Origin: a virus
Direction: 5' to 3' (one strand)
IMG/VR virus record: IMGVR_UViG_3300015360_000032
Location: 16,924 to 80,923 of that record
DNA: 64,000 nucleotides
Shown here: positions 38,275 to 46,962 of the stretch, one piece after another
How the letters are laid out: every line of letters starts with the position of its first letter
How positions within the stretch are numbered: position 1 is the stretch's first letter
The notes under the pieces: generated by a model
Seen by the model: only the letters and a program-made list of their open reading frames with translations
What the model was told of the DNA's origin: nothing
The model's database searches: none
Translations under genes and position numbers: made by a program

Positions 38275-38942
38275 CAGCTATCTCTTGCCTCGCCCCAGAT
38301 CACTTGCTGTCGCGGGCGCTGATACCGGCTGTAGATTCGGGTGGTAATAATTCTTTGCAGACTGGACGAGACGAAATTGGTGTCCATCTCCTTAGTCAGT
38401 CGCGGCGATAGATGCTCGACGCGATACCACTGCACAAGACAATCAACAACAATTGCCTTTAGCCATAGAGGGATGTTTTCTAGAACTCTTTGACACTCAT
38501 CGTAAGGGGTAGGCAAAGGGGATGGCGTGATCGGCTCAAACCCAGAGATGTACGAAACAGTGATCACCCCTTTGTTCCAGTTTTCAAGGGTGATGATCCC
38601 TTTATGAAGATCGATGTCGTCTTCCGCCGTGAAATCAATTTCAATTCCCTCCGCGTCGAACATCTGCAACGTGTCGGGTACAACAAATCCGTTGGTCAGG
38701 CGCAGAATCAACGTAGGCGTGGGCGGGTTCAGCGAGGGAAAAGTCGGCGCGATATAGGCGGGCAAACGAAACCGATCAACATGCTCGCCCAGGGTAAGGC
38801 TATCCACATTCAGAGCATCCTCTACCCGGGGGGTGATTAGCTCTAGGATCGAAATCATTCCCGCGTCTGTGTCGGAAATTACAGACCCCCCGCAGCTAGC
38901 TCCTATGGCTAATGCGACTGCTGACGGTGAAATCAAAAGCAT
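38274..38942 (-). CDS. head-tail connector/adaptor
   Basis: Position, ITVSYISGF and IPLWLK motifs. Confidence 0.65.
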   Translation of the reverse strand: MLLISPSAVALAIGASCGGSVISDTDAGMISILELITPRVEDALNVDSLTLGEHVDRFRLPAYIAPTFPSLNPPTPTLILRLTNGFVVPDTLQMFDAEGIEIDFTAEDDIDLHKGIITLENWNKGVITVSYISGFEPITPSPLPTPYDECQRVLENIPLWLKAIVVDCLVQWYRVEHLSPRLTKEMDTNFVSSSLQRIITTRIYSRYQRPRQQVIWGEARDS

Positions 38943-38963
38943 GGGGGTCGCCTTAGTTGCGGT

Positions 38964-39308
38964 TTAAGCCGTGGCTTGCGCAGTGCGCGTACGCATCGTA
39001 CGCCGGCGCTGCGGCGGGGCTGTTTCTTTCTCGTCATCATCCCCGGCAACCTCTTCGATCAATCGCTTGGGCTTGTTCGGCACTGCCGTGAGCTTGACCT
39101 CAGAGAAGTCCCAGTGATATGCCGTTTCCGAGGGCTGCTCCGTCCAGTAGGCAATGAATTCGCCTTCCGCGTTAGTACGTCCGGATTCGAGAAGCTTTTC
39201 AGCAACTTCATCCGAGAACAGGCAGCACTCTTTTTTCTTGACAATAGTGCCCATCGTTGCACGACCAACGTACGTTTGCAGTGCGACAAGCTTCAAAATC
39301 TTCGACAT
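38964..39308 (-). CDS. hypothetical head-associated protein
   Basis: 114 aa with AAGGA RBS and Arg-rich C-terminus. Confidence 0.7.
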   Translation of the reverse strand: MSKILKLVALQTYVGRATMGTIVKKKECCLFSDEVAEKLLESGRTNAEGEFIAYWTEQPSETAYHWDFSEVKLTAVPNKPKRLIEEVAGDDDEKETAPPQRRRTMRTRTAQATA

Positions 39309-39384
39309 GTTTCATTCCTTCAGGGTTAGAGCGTGTACCACGCCGAATAGGGCACAGTATTATGTGCCATAGAAAACCCCAAAG

Positions 39385-39696
39385 CTACATAGATCGACCA
39401 ATCAACACGATTGATCTGTCGAGTGTCAATGGCGAGGCCCCAGATGTAGTGATGCGGCAAGTGACTGTGTACTTCACTTTGTCCACAACGCCAAAGATGT
39501 CCAGGCTGACAACTCCTGCAAGCGCGGTAAGAGAGACTACCGTGAGTGGCATACCCACCGGCAGAACAATTTCAAAGGAGGCGATTGTGAGTCCCCCTTT
39601 GGAAGTTAGCCACGGATTAAAATTCCAGTGATACCTGCCCGTGTTGTTCGGGTCGAGGTATCTGCGCGGGGGGATGTACGGGGTTTCGCAACTCAT
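39385..39696 (-). CDS. fibre adaptor-like protein
   Basis: LDP....Y.WNF..WL...YTVTCRITT....TLDRSI pattern. Confidence 0.65.
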   Translation of the reverse strand: MSCETPYIPPRRYLDPNNTGRYHWNFNPWLTSKGGLTIASFEIVLPVGMPLTVVSLTALAGVVSLDIFGVVDKVKYTVTCRITTSGASPLTLDRSIVLIGRSM

Positions 39697-39719
39697 GGTA
39701 GTTCCTTCAATATTGTAGA

Positions 39720-42338
39720 TTAGACACTAAAAGTGTCGCCTTCGCCACAGGGCTCTACAGCATCTTCTGGTTGGGCACATACCTCTACGTTATCCGTCTC
39801 GCCATAAACGATAACAGTGTCTTCTTCCGCGCCTATGATTATCTGGCCTGCAAGGATTGCCCCGCCGACTCTGACAGTAGGCAGACGGCCTAGGATTACT
39901 ACCGTGCCAGTGCCTGCGTTAGCTGTCTTGCTAACCGTCGCGGTAGGGGCAAAACCTTGAAGCGCAATAGAGCCCGCACCGACCTCTAGGGCTGACTTTG
40001 TTGTCTGCGGGGTTTGCCCTTCGACGCGGATAAGTCCTGACGGAACCCCGACGAAGACATTTCCGTCAATCCGAGGCGCCTGCCCTTGGGTAGATACTGA
40101 CCCCGCGCCAGCTTGTATGACGACACTTACGACAACCGTAGGTGCGGGGCCTTCTAGCGAAACTGCTCCCGCGCCAGGACTAGCCGACGAAGCTGCACTC
40201 GCCGAAGGCGTCTGGCCTGCAACAGATACGACGCCCGAGCCCGGCTGGGTCAGTTGGTTGCCAAGAATCGTAGAGGTTTGACCCGCAACCGATACCGACC
40301 CCACGCCCGGTGAGACAACGAAGCCAACATTTACGATGGGGGCTGCCCCGGCTATCGTGACCTGTCCACTTGTCGGCTGAGCAATACGGTTTTGGATGAC
40401 CGTAGGCGCTAGGCCCGTGATCGAAACGTTGCCCGCACCCGGTTGCTCTATGGCGTTAACCAGTAGAGCCGGGGCCAGACCTGTGATCGAGACCGCGCCT
40501 GTCGGCACTCCAACCGCACGACCAATCAGTATGCTAGGCGTGAGCCCTTGAATCGCAATCGAGCCCGCAGGGATCGGCATACCCAGCAACAAGCCGGGTG
40601 CATAGCTGACAATCGAAATTTGCCCTGCGTTGGGCGCAAAATTAGTATTCCCCGGCGCAGTGATGATTACTGACGGGGCGCTTCCTGCAAGGGATATCAG
40701 GCCCGAGCCGGGAACAAAGACTCTGCCGGTTACCGCATTCGGCGCACGCCCTGTGAAATTGATTTCAAAAGTTGCAGGCTGGACGACGCGCCCAGACACC
40801 AGCGTAGACGTGAGTCCGCTGATCGATATAGAGCCGGCTCCGGGCTGGACAAGCCCGCCACGGATGATTGCGGGCGCTAGGCCGGCGAGGGAAACATTGC
40901 CCTGCCCTGGCTGCTCAATTTGCCCAATTAACGCCTGTGGGGCCTGCCCTGCTACCGAGAGAGCCCCTGCCCCTGGGCTGACGACGAATCCTCGAATAGC
41001 TGCGGTATTTTGCCCAACAAAAGCAACGCTACCGACCGCAACAGGGAAGGCGCGATCAAGACCCGGGGCTTGGCCGGATACAGTGATTGCTCCGGGTCCT
41101 GGCTGCGCGATAGACCCGCGAAGGGCAATCGGGGTAAGACCAGTCAGCGTTACAGAGCCAGAAGCGGGAGTAGCTGCCGCTTCTTGGTTTAGAGAAGGTG
41201 TTTGTCCGTTTACCGCGATCTGGCCCGCACTCGGCGCGGCAACAGACCCGAGCAATGCAATCGGGGTCTGTCCTATTGCATTGACTGCCCCCGCGCCGAC
41301 CGATATCGATACACCGGCTGACGCCGTGGTGAACGTGGCACTGACATCGACATTCGAGTCAGTCGTACCATCCGACCAAACAAACGCTAGCTTGTAATCA
41401 GTACCCGCTGTGAGTCCTGTGGCGGGATTCGACAGCGTAAAAGTCGTGGTCGCAGTGGGGGATGACTCATGGCCTGCCGCGATTGCTGCGCTGCTTGTGG
41501 CGTCTTGCCCAGCCTTGATTTGCGCAGCATTCGGCGCGCTGCCTGCGGCGGCATAGATTACCCAGTAAATCTGTGGATTGACTAGGGTTTGGCCGATGAC
41601 GTTAATTGCACCGACAGGAACGCTGATAACCGTGAAGTTAAGGACTGCGGGAGTCTGCCCAGCAATCGTGATGGAGCCGACTGGAACACCGATGATGGTC
41701 GGGGCGACAGCATCCGGAGTGAGACCTACAGACGTGATTACACCCGCGCCGATAGAGACGATGGTGTCTCTGAGAGCAACGGGTGTTTGGCCGGATACGG
41801 CGATAGTTCCCTGCGCGGGAGCAGTAATCGAGCCCACAAGGGCTATAGGCGGCGGGCCTGTGATTGTCGCCGCACCAGACCCTGGCGCGAGAATGTCACC
41901 TCTCAGTGAAATTGATTGCAATCCTGTGGTCGTGATTGCCCCGACTCCGGGGGAGGCAAACGCCGCTACAAAAGCAACCGTGGTTTGCCCGGTAACAGTA
42001 ACCGCCCCTTGAGCCACGCCAATAACCGTATCACGAAGAGCGACAGGAAGCTGCCCAGAAGCTGCAATAACGCCGGAAGGAATACCAATGAGTGTGGCTT
42101 GAGCAACAGCGGGGGTTTGCCCCGAGATGACGGTAGCCCCCTGCGCTACCTCAATGATCGTATCTCTTAGAAGTGCAGGAGTCTGGCCTGTAACGCCTAT
42201 TGAACCGGAATCGGGCGTGACAGCGACGTTAGGGTCAGCGATTCCAAACGATAGAGACGAGTCGAACCACGCCAGCGGCGAGACGAACTGCGCGCCGAAG
42301 GGATCATTGATTGGGGAGGCTTTTCGGGGTAGAGGCAC
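39720..42338 (-). CDS. long repetitive fibre protein with inserted FN3-like domain
   Basis: More than 30 ~21-aa repeats P-G-x-G-x-I/V-x-x-x-G-x-x-P; insert ...TGLTAGTDYKLAFV...FTT. Confidence 0.8.
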   Translation of the reverse strand: MPLPRKASPINDPFGAQFVSPLAWFDSSLSFGIADPNVAVTPDSGSIGVTGQTPALLRDTIIEVAQGATVISGQTPAVAQATLIGIPSGVIAASGQLPVALRDTVIGVAQGAVTVTGQTTVAFVAAFASPGVGAITTTGLQSISLRGDILAPGSGAATITGPPPIALVGSITAPAQGTIAVSGQTPVALRDTIVSIGAGVITSVGLTPDAVAPTIIGVPVGSITIAGQTPAVLNFTVISVPVGAINVIGQTLVNPQIYWVIYAAAGSAPNAAQIKAGQDATSSAAIAAGHESSPTATTTFTLSNPATGLTAGTDYKLAFVWSDGTTDSNVDVSATFTTASAGVSISVGAGAVNAIGQTPIALLGSVAAPSAGQIAVNGQTPSLNQEAAATPASGSVTLTGLTPIALRGSIAQPGPGAITVSGQAPGLDRAFPVAVGSVAFVGQNTAAIRGFVVSPGAGALSVAGQAPQALIGQIEQPGQGNVSLAGLAPAIIRGGLVQPGAGSISISGLTSTLVSGRVVQPATFEINFTGRAPNAVTGRVFVPGSGLISLAGSAPSVIITAPGNTNFAPNAGQISIVSYAPGLLLGMPIPAGSIAIQGLTPSILIGRAVGVPTGAVSITGLAPALLVNAIEQPGAGNVSITGLAPTVIQNRIAQPTSGQVTIAGAAPIVNVGFVVSPGVGSVSVAGQTSTILGNQLTQPGSGVVSVAGQTPSASAASSASPGAGAVSLEGPAPTVVVSVVIQAGAGSVSTQGQAPRIDGNVFVGVPSGLIRVEGQTPQTTKSALEVGAGSIALQGFAPTATVSKTANAGTGTVVILGRLPTVRVGGAILAGQIIIGAEEDTVIVYGETDNVEVCAQPEDAVEPCGEGDTFSV

Positions 42339-42382
42339 GACTGGACTCTTTTGGGATTAAATATCTGGGGCTTAACTACCGC

Positions 42383-43642
42383 TTAGTTATCGCTCACGCA
42401 GCTATGCCCGGCAAGCTCAAACGCTGAGGTCGTCACAGTCACGTTTGCCGTACCGTTCGACATGGCAAGCTCCTGACCCATGAATGCAGTAATCAGTGGG
42501 ATAGTCGTGCTAGTTGTCGTGTCCACCAGAGTTGTGCCTGTTGAGCCATCAACCAGAGCATAACCAATGACACCGCCACTCGGCGCAGACCATATAAAGG
42601 CATCGAACCATTGACCGGCCGCAAGAGCGGCCCCGAGGGTGATCGCTGCCTTGGTAGCTGTCGTGCCGTCTCGTGTCACAAAATTCAGCACAGTGGCCGC
42701 TTCAGTCGTGTCATGCCAGAACCCGCAGCCGTTGCCGGTGAGCGTATCTGAAATGACCCACCCCGCATTGCTGTCGTTGAGACCTACGAAGAGCCGCACT
42801 GTCGCGGCGGGCCACAGCCCGATCTGAAAACGGGCGTGGAAATCCCAGCCCCCAAGCCCGGCTGCATTACCTCTCCAAAATCTTTTTTCTGCTGTCTCGG
42901 TTCTCAGCCCGAGAATCTGATTTGTTGTCGTGACAATGTTGGCCCAGCGGGTACGTTTTTGTTGATTGTAAAGCGCAGGAGCCGTGCTTGACGGGGTAGG
43001 GTGAGAGACTGTCCCGCCCGTAGTCCATCCAAGGCCGTAGTTCAAGCCGACCGTGGTGCCGTTGTTCGGCAAGTACATTGAATAGCCGTTTTCGCTAAGC
43101 TTGTCCTGCACCGTCTGGTCTACCCCTGACGGGACGATGTACTTTAGCTTCATTCGCCCTGCACGTTTGCGGGCAAACACAGCTAGAGTATCTGTGTCTG
43201 CGGCGGGGTGAGTGCCACCGATGTAAGCCCCGAATATCAAATCTTGAATCGTGCCCTGGAGCTTGATGACGCCATCGGCACCGTAGTATGTCCAGCCACC
43301 ACCCTCATCCAGTATCACTCTCTCCCCCGCGAGCAGCGTGCCTTTCCACAGAATAGCGGCGTCAGTGCCGTCGAACATATCTACAGTGCAGAGATTCGAC
43401 GTGGCCGCGTTATTGTGCGCCGTGATTTCCCTGACGCTGCGGGCCGTACTTGCGGCCGGGCTGCCGATAATGGTAGTCGTTGCAGCCGTTGTGATATTCG
43501 TTGGCACGTCGCCGAAAACAGTAAAATTCGATGAGGACGACATCGGGTTCGGCACGTCCACGTAGGAGACCGAGACTTCGATGTCTCCTACTGACCCGGG
43601 GGTAAGGCGGATGACCTGGGAGGTAGTGGTGAGGGCTTTCAT
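42383..43642 (-). CDS. fibre-associated/receptor-binding protein
   Basis: Thr/Gly-rich beta protein with lectin-like C-terminal half. Confidence 0.65.
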   Translation of the reverse strand: MKALTTTSQVIRLTPGSVGDIEVSVSYVDVPNPMSSSSNFTVFGDVPTNITTAATTTIIGSPAASTARSVREITAHNNAATSNLCTVDMFDGTDAAILWKGTLLAGERVILDEGGGWTYYGADGVIKLQGTIQDLIFGAYIGGTHPAADTDTLAVFARKRAGRMKLKYIVPSGVDQTVQDKLSENGYSMYLPNNGTTVGLNYGLGWTTGGTVSHPTPSSTAPALYNQQKRTRWANIVTTTNQILGLRTETAEKRFWRGNAAGLGGWDFHARFQIGLWPAATVRLFVGLNDSNAGWVISDTLTGNGCGFWHDTTEAATVLNFVTRDGTTATKAAITLGAALAAGQWFDAFIWSAPSGGVIGYALVDGSTGTTLVDTTTSTTIPLITAFMGQELAMSNGTANVTVTTSAFELAGHSCVSDN

Positions 43643-43656
43643 AGCAGGGTAGTTCC

Positions 43657-43818
43657 TTAGAAAGTGATCGTCACGCGGGGCGTAACAGTCGTTGTCATAA
43701 TTGCGGTTACGGTCGCGGCAGAAAGGACAGGGGCGGGTACTTGACCCTGATACGCCGGCACCAACAACGCTTTGTCCGTCGCGTCATACCGGGGAATGAA
43801 GACCGCTTGGGTGGTCAT
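43657..43818 (-). CDS. small hypothetical protein
   Basis: ATGA-coupled start (MTTQAV) to the upstream gene. Confidence 0.5.
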   Translation of the reverse strand: MTTQAVFIPRYDATDKALLVPAYQGQVPAPVLSAATVTAIMTTTVTPRVTITF

Positions 43819-44114
43819 TGCTGTACCCAACCAAAGACGCCGGGCTCCCACGCATTAGAGTTAATGGCTGAAGTCCATTTACAGTCTGCATGGAGAACAA
43901 ATGCCCCTAAGGCATAGGCACTTTGGGGGTCTACAGGGCGCACCCACGGCAAAGTCAAATCCGCCAATGTCACGTCTTCTGCGTAGTAGGTCCATCCTTC
44001 CGGGGGAAGTGTTCCATCCGCATAATCCGCTACATACAGGGTATAGGCGGGCGTGGCTATGTACCTGTGTGCCACAACCATTTCACCATTAACGATCCCG
44101 ACGAGTCTTGGCAT
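43815..44114 (-). CDS. small protein with C-terminal CBM5/12-like module
   Basis: PWV.P....AYALGA.V.H....WTS....NAWEPGVFGW. Confidence 0.7.
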   Translation of the reverse strand: MPRLVGIVNGEMVVAHRYIATPAYTLYVADYADGTLPPEGWTYYAEDVTLADLTLPWVRPVDPQSAYALGAFVLHADCKWTSAINSNAWEPGVFGWVQQ

Positions 44115-44128
44115 GATTTATTTTCCTT

Positions 44129-46426
44129 TTAGCCTGTCACCGTCCAGCCTTTGGCCGTGGCAATACTAGGATTGTCCCCCGCCGTGCCGTAGTTATTGGA
44201 GACCGTTATGGTTCTCGCTGCGACTCCCGACTTCAGATTGGTGTAGATGCGGTTAAGCTCAGTGGCGGATAGTTTGCATCCCGTATATGAGTGCGTAATA
44301 GGTGTTCCCGCGAGTGCGGCAGATTGCAGTGAGAAGCAGCTAATAAACATATTGCTGAAAATCGTACCTGCTGCCGTGTTGAACAGCGGTACAGATTGCA
44401 GAGTGCGGCAGTTATTAAACATGCTGCCGAAATTCGTACCTGCTGCCGTGTTGAACAGCGGTACAGATTGCAGTGAGTAGCAGTTAATAAACATGCTGCT
44501 GAAATTCGTACCTGCTGCCGTGTTGAACAGCGGTACAGATTGCAGAGCGCGGCAGTTATTAAACATGTTGCTGAAACTCGTACCTGCTGCCGTGTTGAAC
44601 AGTGGTACAGATTGCAATGCGAAGCAGTTAATAAACATGCTGCTGAAACTCGTACCTGCTGCCGTGTTGAACAGTGGTACAGATTGCAATGCGAAGCAGT
44701 TATTAAACATGTTGCTGAAACCCGTACCTGCTGCCGTGTTGAACAGCGGTAGGGATTGCAGTGCGAGGCAGCTAATAAACATGCTGCTGAAATTCGTACC
44801 TGCTGCCGTGTTGAACAGCGGTACAGATTGCAGTGAGTAGCAGCTAATAAACATGCTGCTGAAATTCGTACCTGCTGCCGTGTTGAACAGCGGTAGGGAT
44901 TGCAGTGCGGAGCAGCTATTAAACATGCTGCTGAAATCCGCACCTGCTGCCGTGTTGAACAGCGGTAGGGATTGCAGTGAGTAGCAGTTAATAAACATGC
45001 TGCTGAAACTCGTACCTGCTGCCGTGTTGAACAGTGGTAGGGATTGCAGTGCGGAGCAGCTATTAAACATGTTGCTGAAATTCGTACCACGCACCACGTT
45101 GCCGCTGCCGTCTGTAGTTAACGCTATTGCATCCCCACCATAACTAAAGGCGACCTGAAAAGTATTGGCTGTCTGACCAACAACAAAGTAGCTTGAGTAG
45201 GCACTGATTTCGGTTGTGCTGGTGATGCTGGTGAAGATCGCGGTATCACCATTGCGAAACCCGTGGGCCGTTGCGGTTACTGTGTCACCAGCATCTTGGA
45301 AAGTGCAAGCCAGAGTGGCGGAAGCGGTAGCGCTAGTCACCAACTGCGCTATGTTGAGCAATTTATAGTTGTTGAAAAACAGATAGTCTAGTTGCCGCAA
45401 ATCGCTGTTAACTATGCTGGCTCTTTGTAGCTCAGAAAAATTAATGACCTGTGTAGGGTCCCCAGGAGTTTGCACTCCGATCCGCAAATCTGTCATCGCG
45501 GCAAACGACATTGCGATGTCTAAGAACAGGGATGAGTAAGTCTGCAACAACGCTGTTGAATGTTTGACGTGCAAATTCAACTGGGTGATGGTTGAAGCGT
45601 TTGGCACTACTGTGATGATGACTTGACGGTACTGGGGGACATAGACCGACCCGCTGCCGTTTGTAGTCAATGCAATTGCAGACCCGCCAATCGTCGAAGC
45701 TACTTGGAATGTGTTGGTTGTTTGACTGACCACGTAGTAAGTGGTGTACGTGCTGATGCCGGTGGTGCTGGTAATCGCCGAGAAGGCGACAGCCCGTCCG
45801 TTTGCCCAACCGTGAGCATTAAGGGTTACGGTATCCCCCGTGTCCTGAAAAGTGCAAGCCACTGCGGTTGCAATACCTACGTCAGAGGTATTGAGAGCGC
45901 TGGCCCAGGTGATTTCCTTTTCAGCCGTGCCCCCGCTGGCTACGTTTTGCGTAGCAGAGCCATCACCCCAGTCAACCGTGTAGTTGCCGGCAGCAGAGAA
46001 TGCTACGAAATTGCCTTCGGGCCAGACAGCGTGCAATCCTGCGAACTTCTCATCGCTTGAGATGATCGAAGGCATCGCCAACCACGCGGCGGGGCGAACC
46101 CAGGTACTCACTGGTCCGATTGATGTGCCGGAAGCAATGGAGGCAACTTCGAGCTTCGATGCAAAGACCGGCGAGTCGCGGTGATCGGTGAGGTTGCGCT
46201 TGTAGCAAATCAGAAAGCCAAACTCACCAACGGCCAGACCTGTCACGTTGTCGAGGTCAATCTTGATCCAACCATCCGCGTCTGTGGTCAAGACTCCCGA
46301 CTTTCCCTTGATCTGGGTAAAGTCAACAACGGAAGCTGAGTCTAGCCACACGACTTCAATCGCAGTCTGATTCGCCATGGGCGAGCCGGCTGCGTTGTAT
46401 AGACGAACTTCTACGCCCTTAGGCAT
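44129..46426 (-). CDS. BspA/DUF285-type leucine-rich-repeat virion protein
   Basis: YTVDWGDG, two duplicated ~70-aa domains (ACTFQD.GDTVT..AHG), eleven FSxMFxxCxxLQSxPLFNTAAGTx repeats, IATAKGWTV cap. Confidence 0.88.
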   Translation of the reverse strand: MPKGVEVRLYNAAGSPMANQTAIEVVWLDSASVVDFTQIKGKSGVLTTDADGWIKIDLDNVTGLAVGEFGFLICYKRNLTDHRDSPVFASKLEVASIASGTSIGPVSTWVRPAAWLAMPSIISSDEKFAGLHAVWPEGNFVAFSAAGNYTVDWGDGSATQNVASGGTAEKEITWASALNTSDVGIATAVACTFQDTGDTVTLNAHGWANGRAVAFSAITSTTGISTYTTYYVVSQTTNTFQVASTIGGSAIALTTNGSGSVYVPQYRQVIITVVPNASTITQLNLHVKHSTALLQTYSSLFLDIAMSFAAMTDLRIGVQTPGDPTQVINFSELQRASIVNSDLRQLDYLFFNNYKLLNIAQLVTSATASATLACTFQDAGDTVTATAHGFRNGDTAIFTSITSTTEISAYSSYFVVGQTANTFQVAFSYGGDAIALTTDGSGNVVRGTNFSNMFNSCSALQSLPLFNTAAGTSFSSMFINCYSLQSLPLFNTAAGADFSSMFNSCSALQSLPLFNTAAGTNFSSMFISCYSLQSVPLFNTAAGTNFSSMFISCLALQSLPLFNTAAGTGFSNMFNNCFALQSVPLFNTAAGTSFSSMFINCFALQSVPLFNTAAGTSFSNMFNNCRALQSVPLFNTAAGTNFSSMFINCYSLQSVPLFNTAAGTNFGSMFNNCRTLQSVPLFNTAAGTIFSNMFISCFSLQSAALAGTPITHSYTGCKLSATELNRIYTNLKSGVAARTITVSNNYGTAGDNPSIATAKGWTVTG
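44321..45088 (-). repeat. 72-bp tandem repeat, 10 full copies plus 1 partial
   Basis: GTACCTGCTGCCGTGTTGAACAG recurs at 44364, 44436, 44508 and so on. Confidence 0.95.
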
Positions 46427-46525
46427 GTGGACTCCAGGCGGCGAAAACTAGGCGTGGGTAAGGTGCATTACTGCATTTTTGAAATCAATTTCAAAGCCCT
46501 AGGGTCGGGTTTACCCAAGCTACCC

Positions 46526-46960
46526 TTAAACCATCGTGAAGATTCCAAGCGCGTTGTTCTGGATCGTCAACGTGTTCGGTGACGTGATCGTGAACTGAGC
46601 GGTAGACAGCCTCGACCAGCACAGCGCCTTGGCACCGGAAGTGCCAATGACGGCGAACTTCACGTTGATCAGCGACGAACCAGATGCGGTGAACACCAAG
46701 TCAGCCGCGTTAAAGCGGAAAGACTTAGCAGAGGCACCTACCGTCCAAGTCATCGTAGCCAGTAGCCGGCCACCAACGACATAACCCCCACGGGCTGAAA
46801 TCTCATTCGTGATAGCGGCGAAGGTCGAGAGGGTGAAGGTAGAGGCATTTGAAGCTGAAGTGTGGAGCTTCATCTTCATAACAGTCGTCCCAAGGACGAT
46901 GGTGCCATTACCAATGTACTTTTTAGCAGTGTTGTAAAGCAGCCAAGCGGTAGCGGGCAT
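46526..46960 (-). CDS. virion structural (fibre hinge-like) protein
   Basis: YN.AK...G...L...KL...E.S..GGY..GG..L...F.AAD...W/F pattern. Confidence 0.65.
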   Translation of the reverse strand: MPATAWLLYNTAKKYIGNGTIVLGTTVMKMKLHTSASNASTFTLSTFAAITNEISARGGYVVGGRLLATMTWTVGASAKSFRFNAADLVFTASGSSLINVKFAVIGTSGAKALCWSRLSTAQFTITSPNTLTIQNNALGIFTMV

Positions 46961-46962
46961 GA

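Noticed and set aside
44321-45088. CRISPR array
   Set aside because: The 72-bp units are in-frame coding repeats; the intervening parts are near-identical rather than unique spacers, and there are no cas genes.
44233-45090. 285-aa alternative-frame ORF and plus-strand ORFs over the repeat
   Set aside because: Stop-free frames are a by-product of the tandem repeat inside the 765-aa gene.
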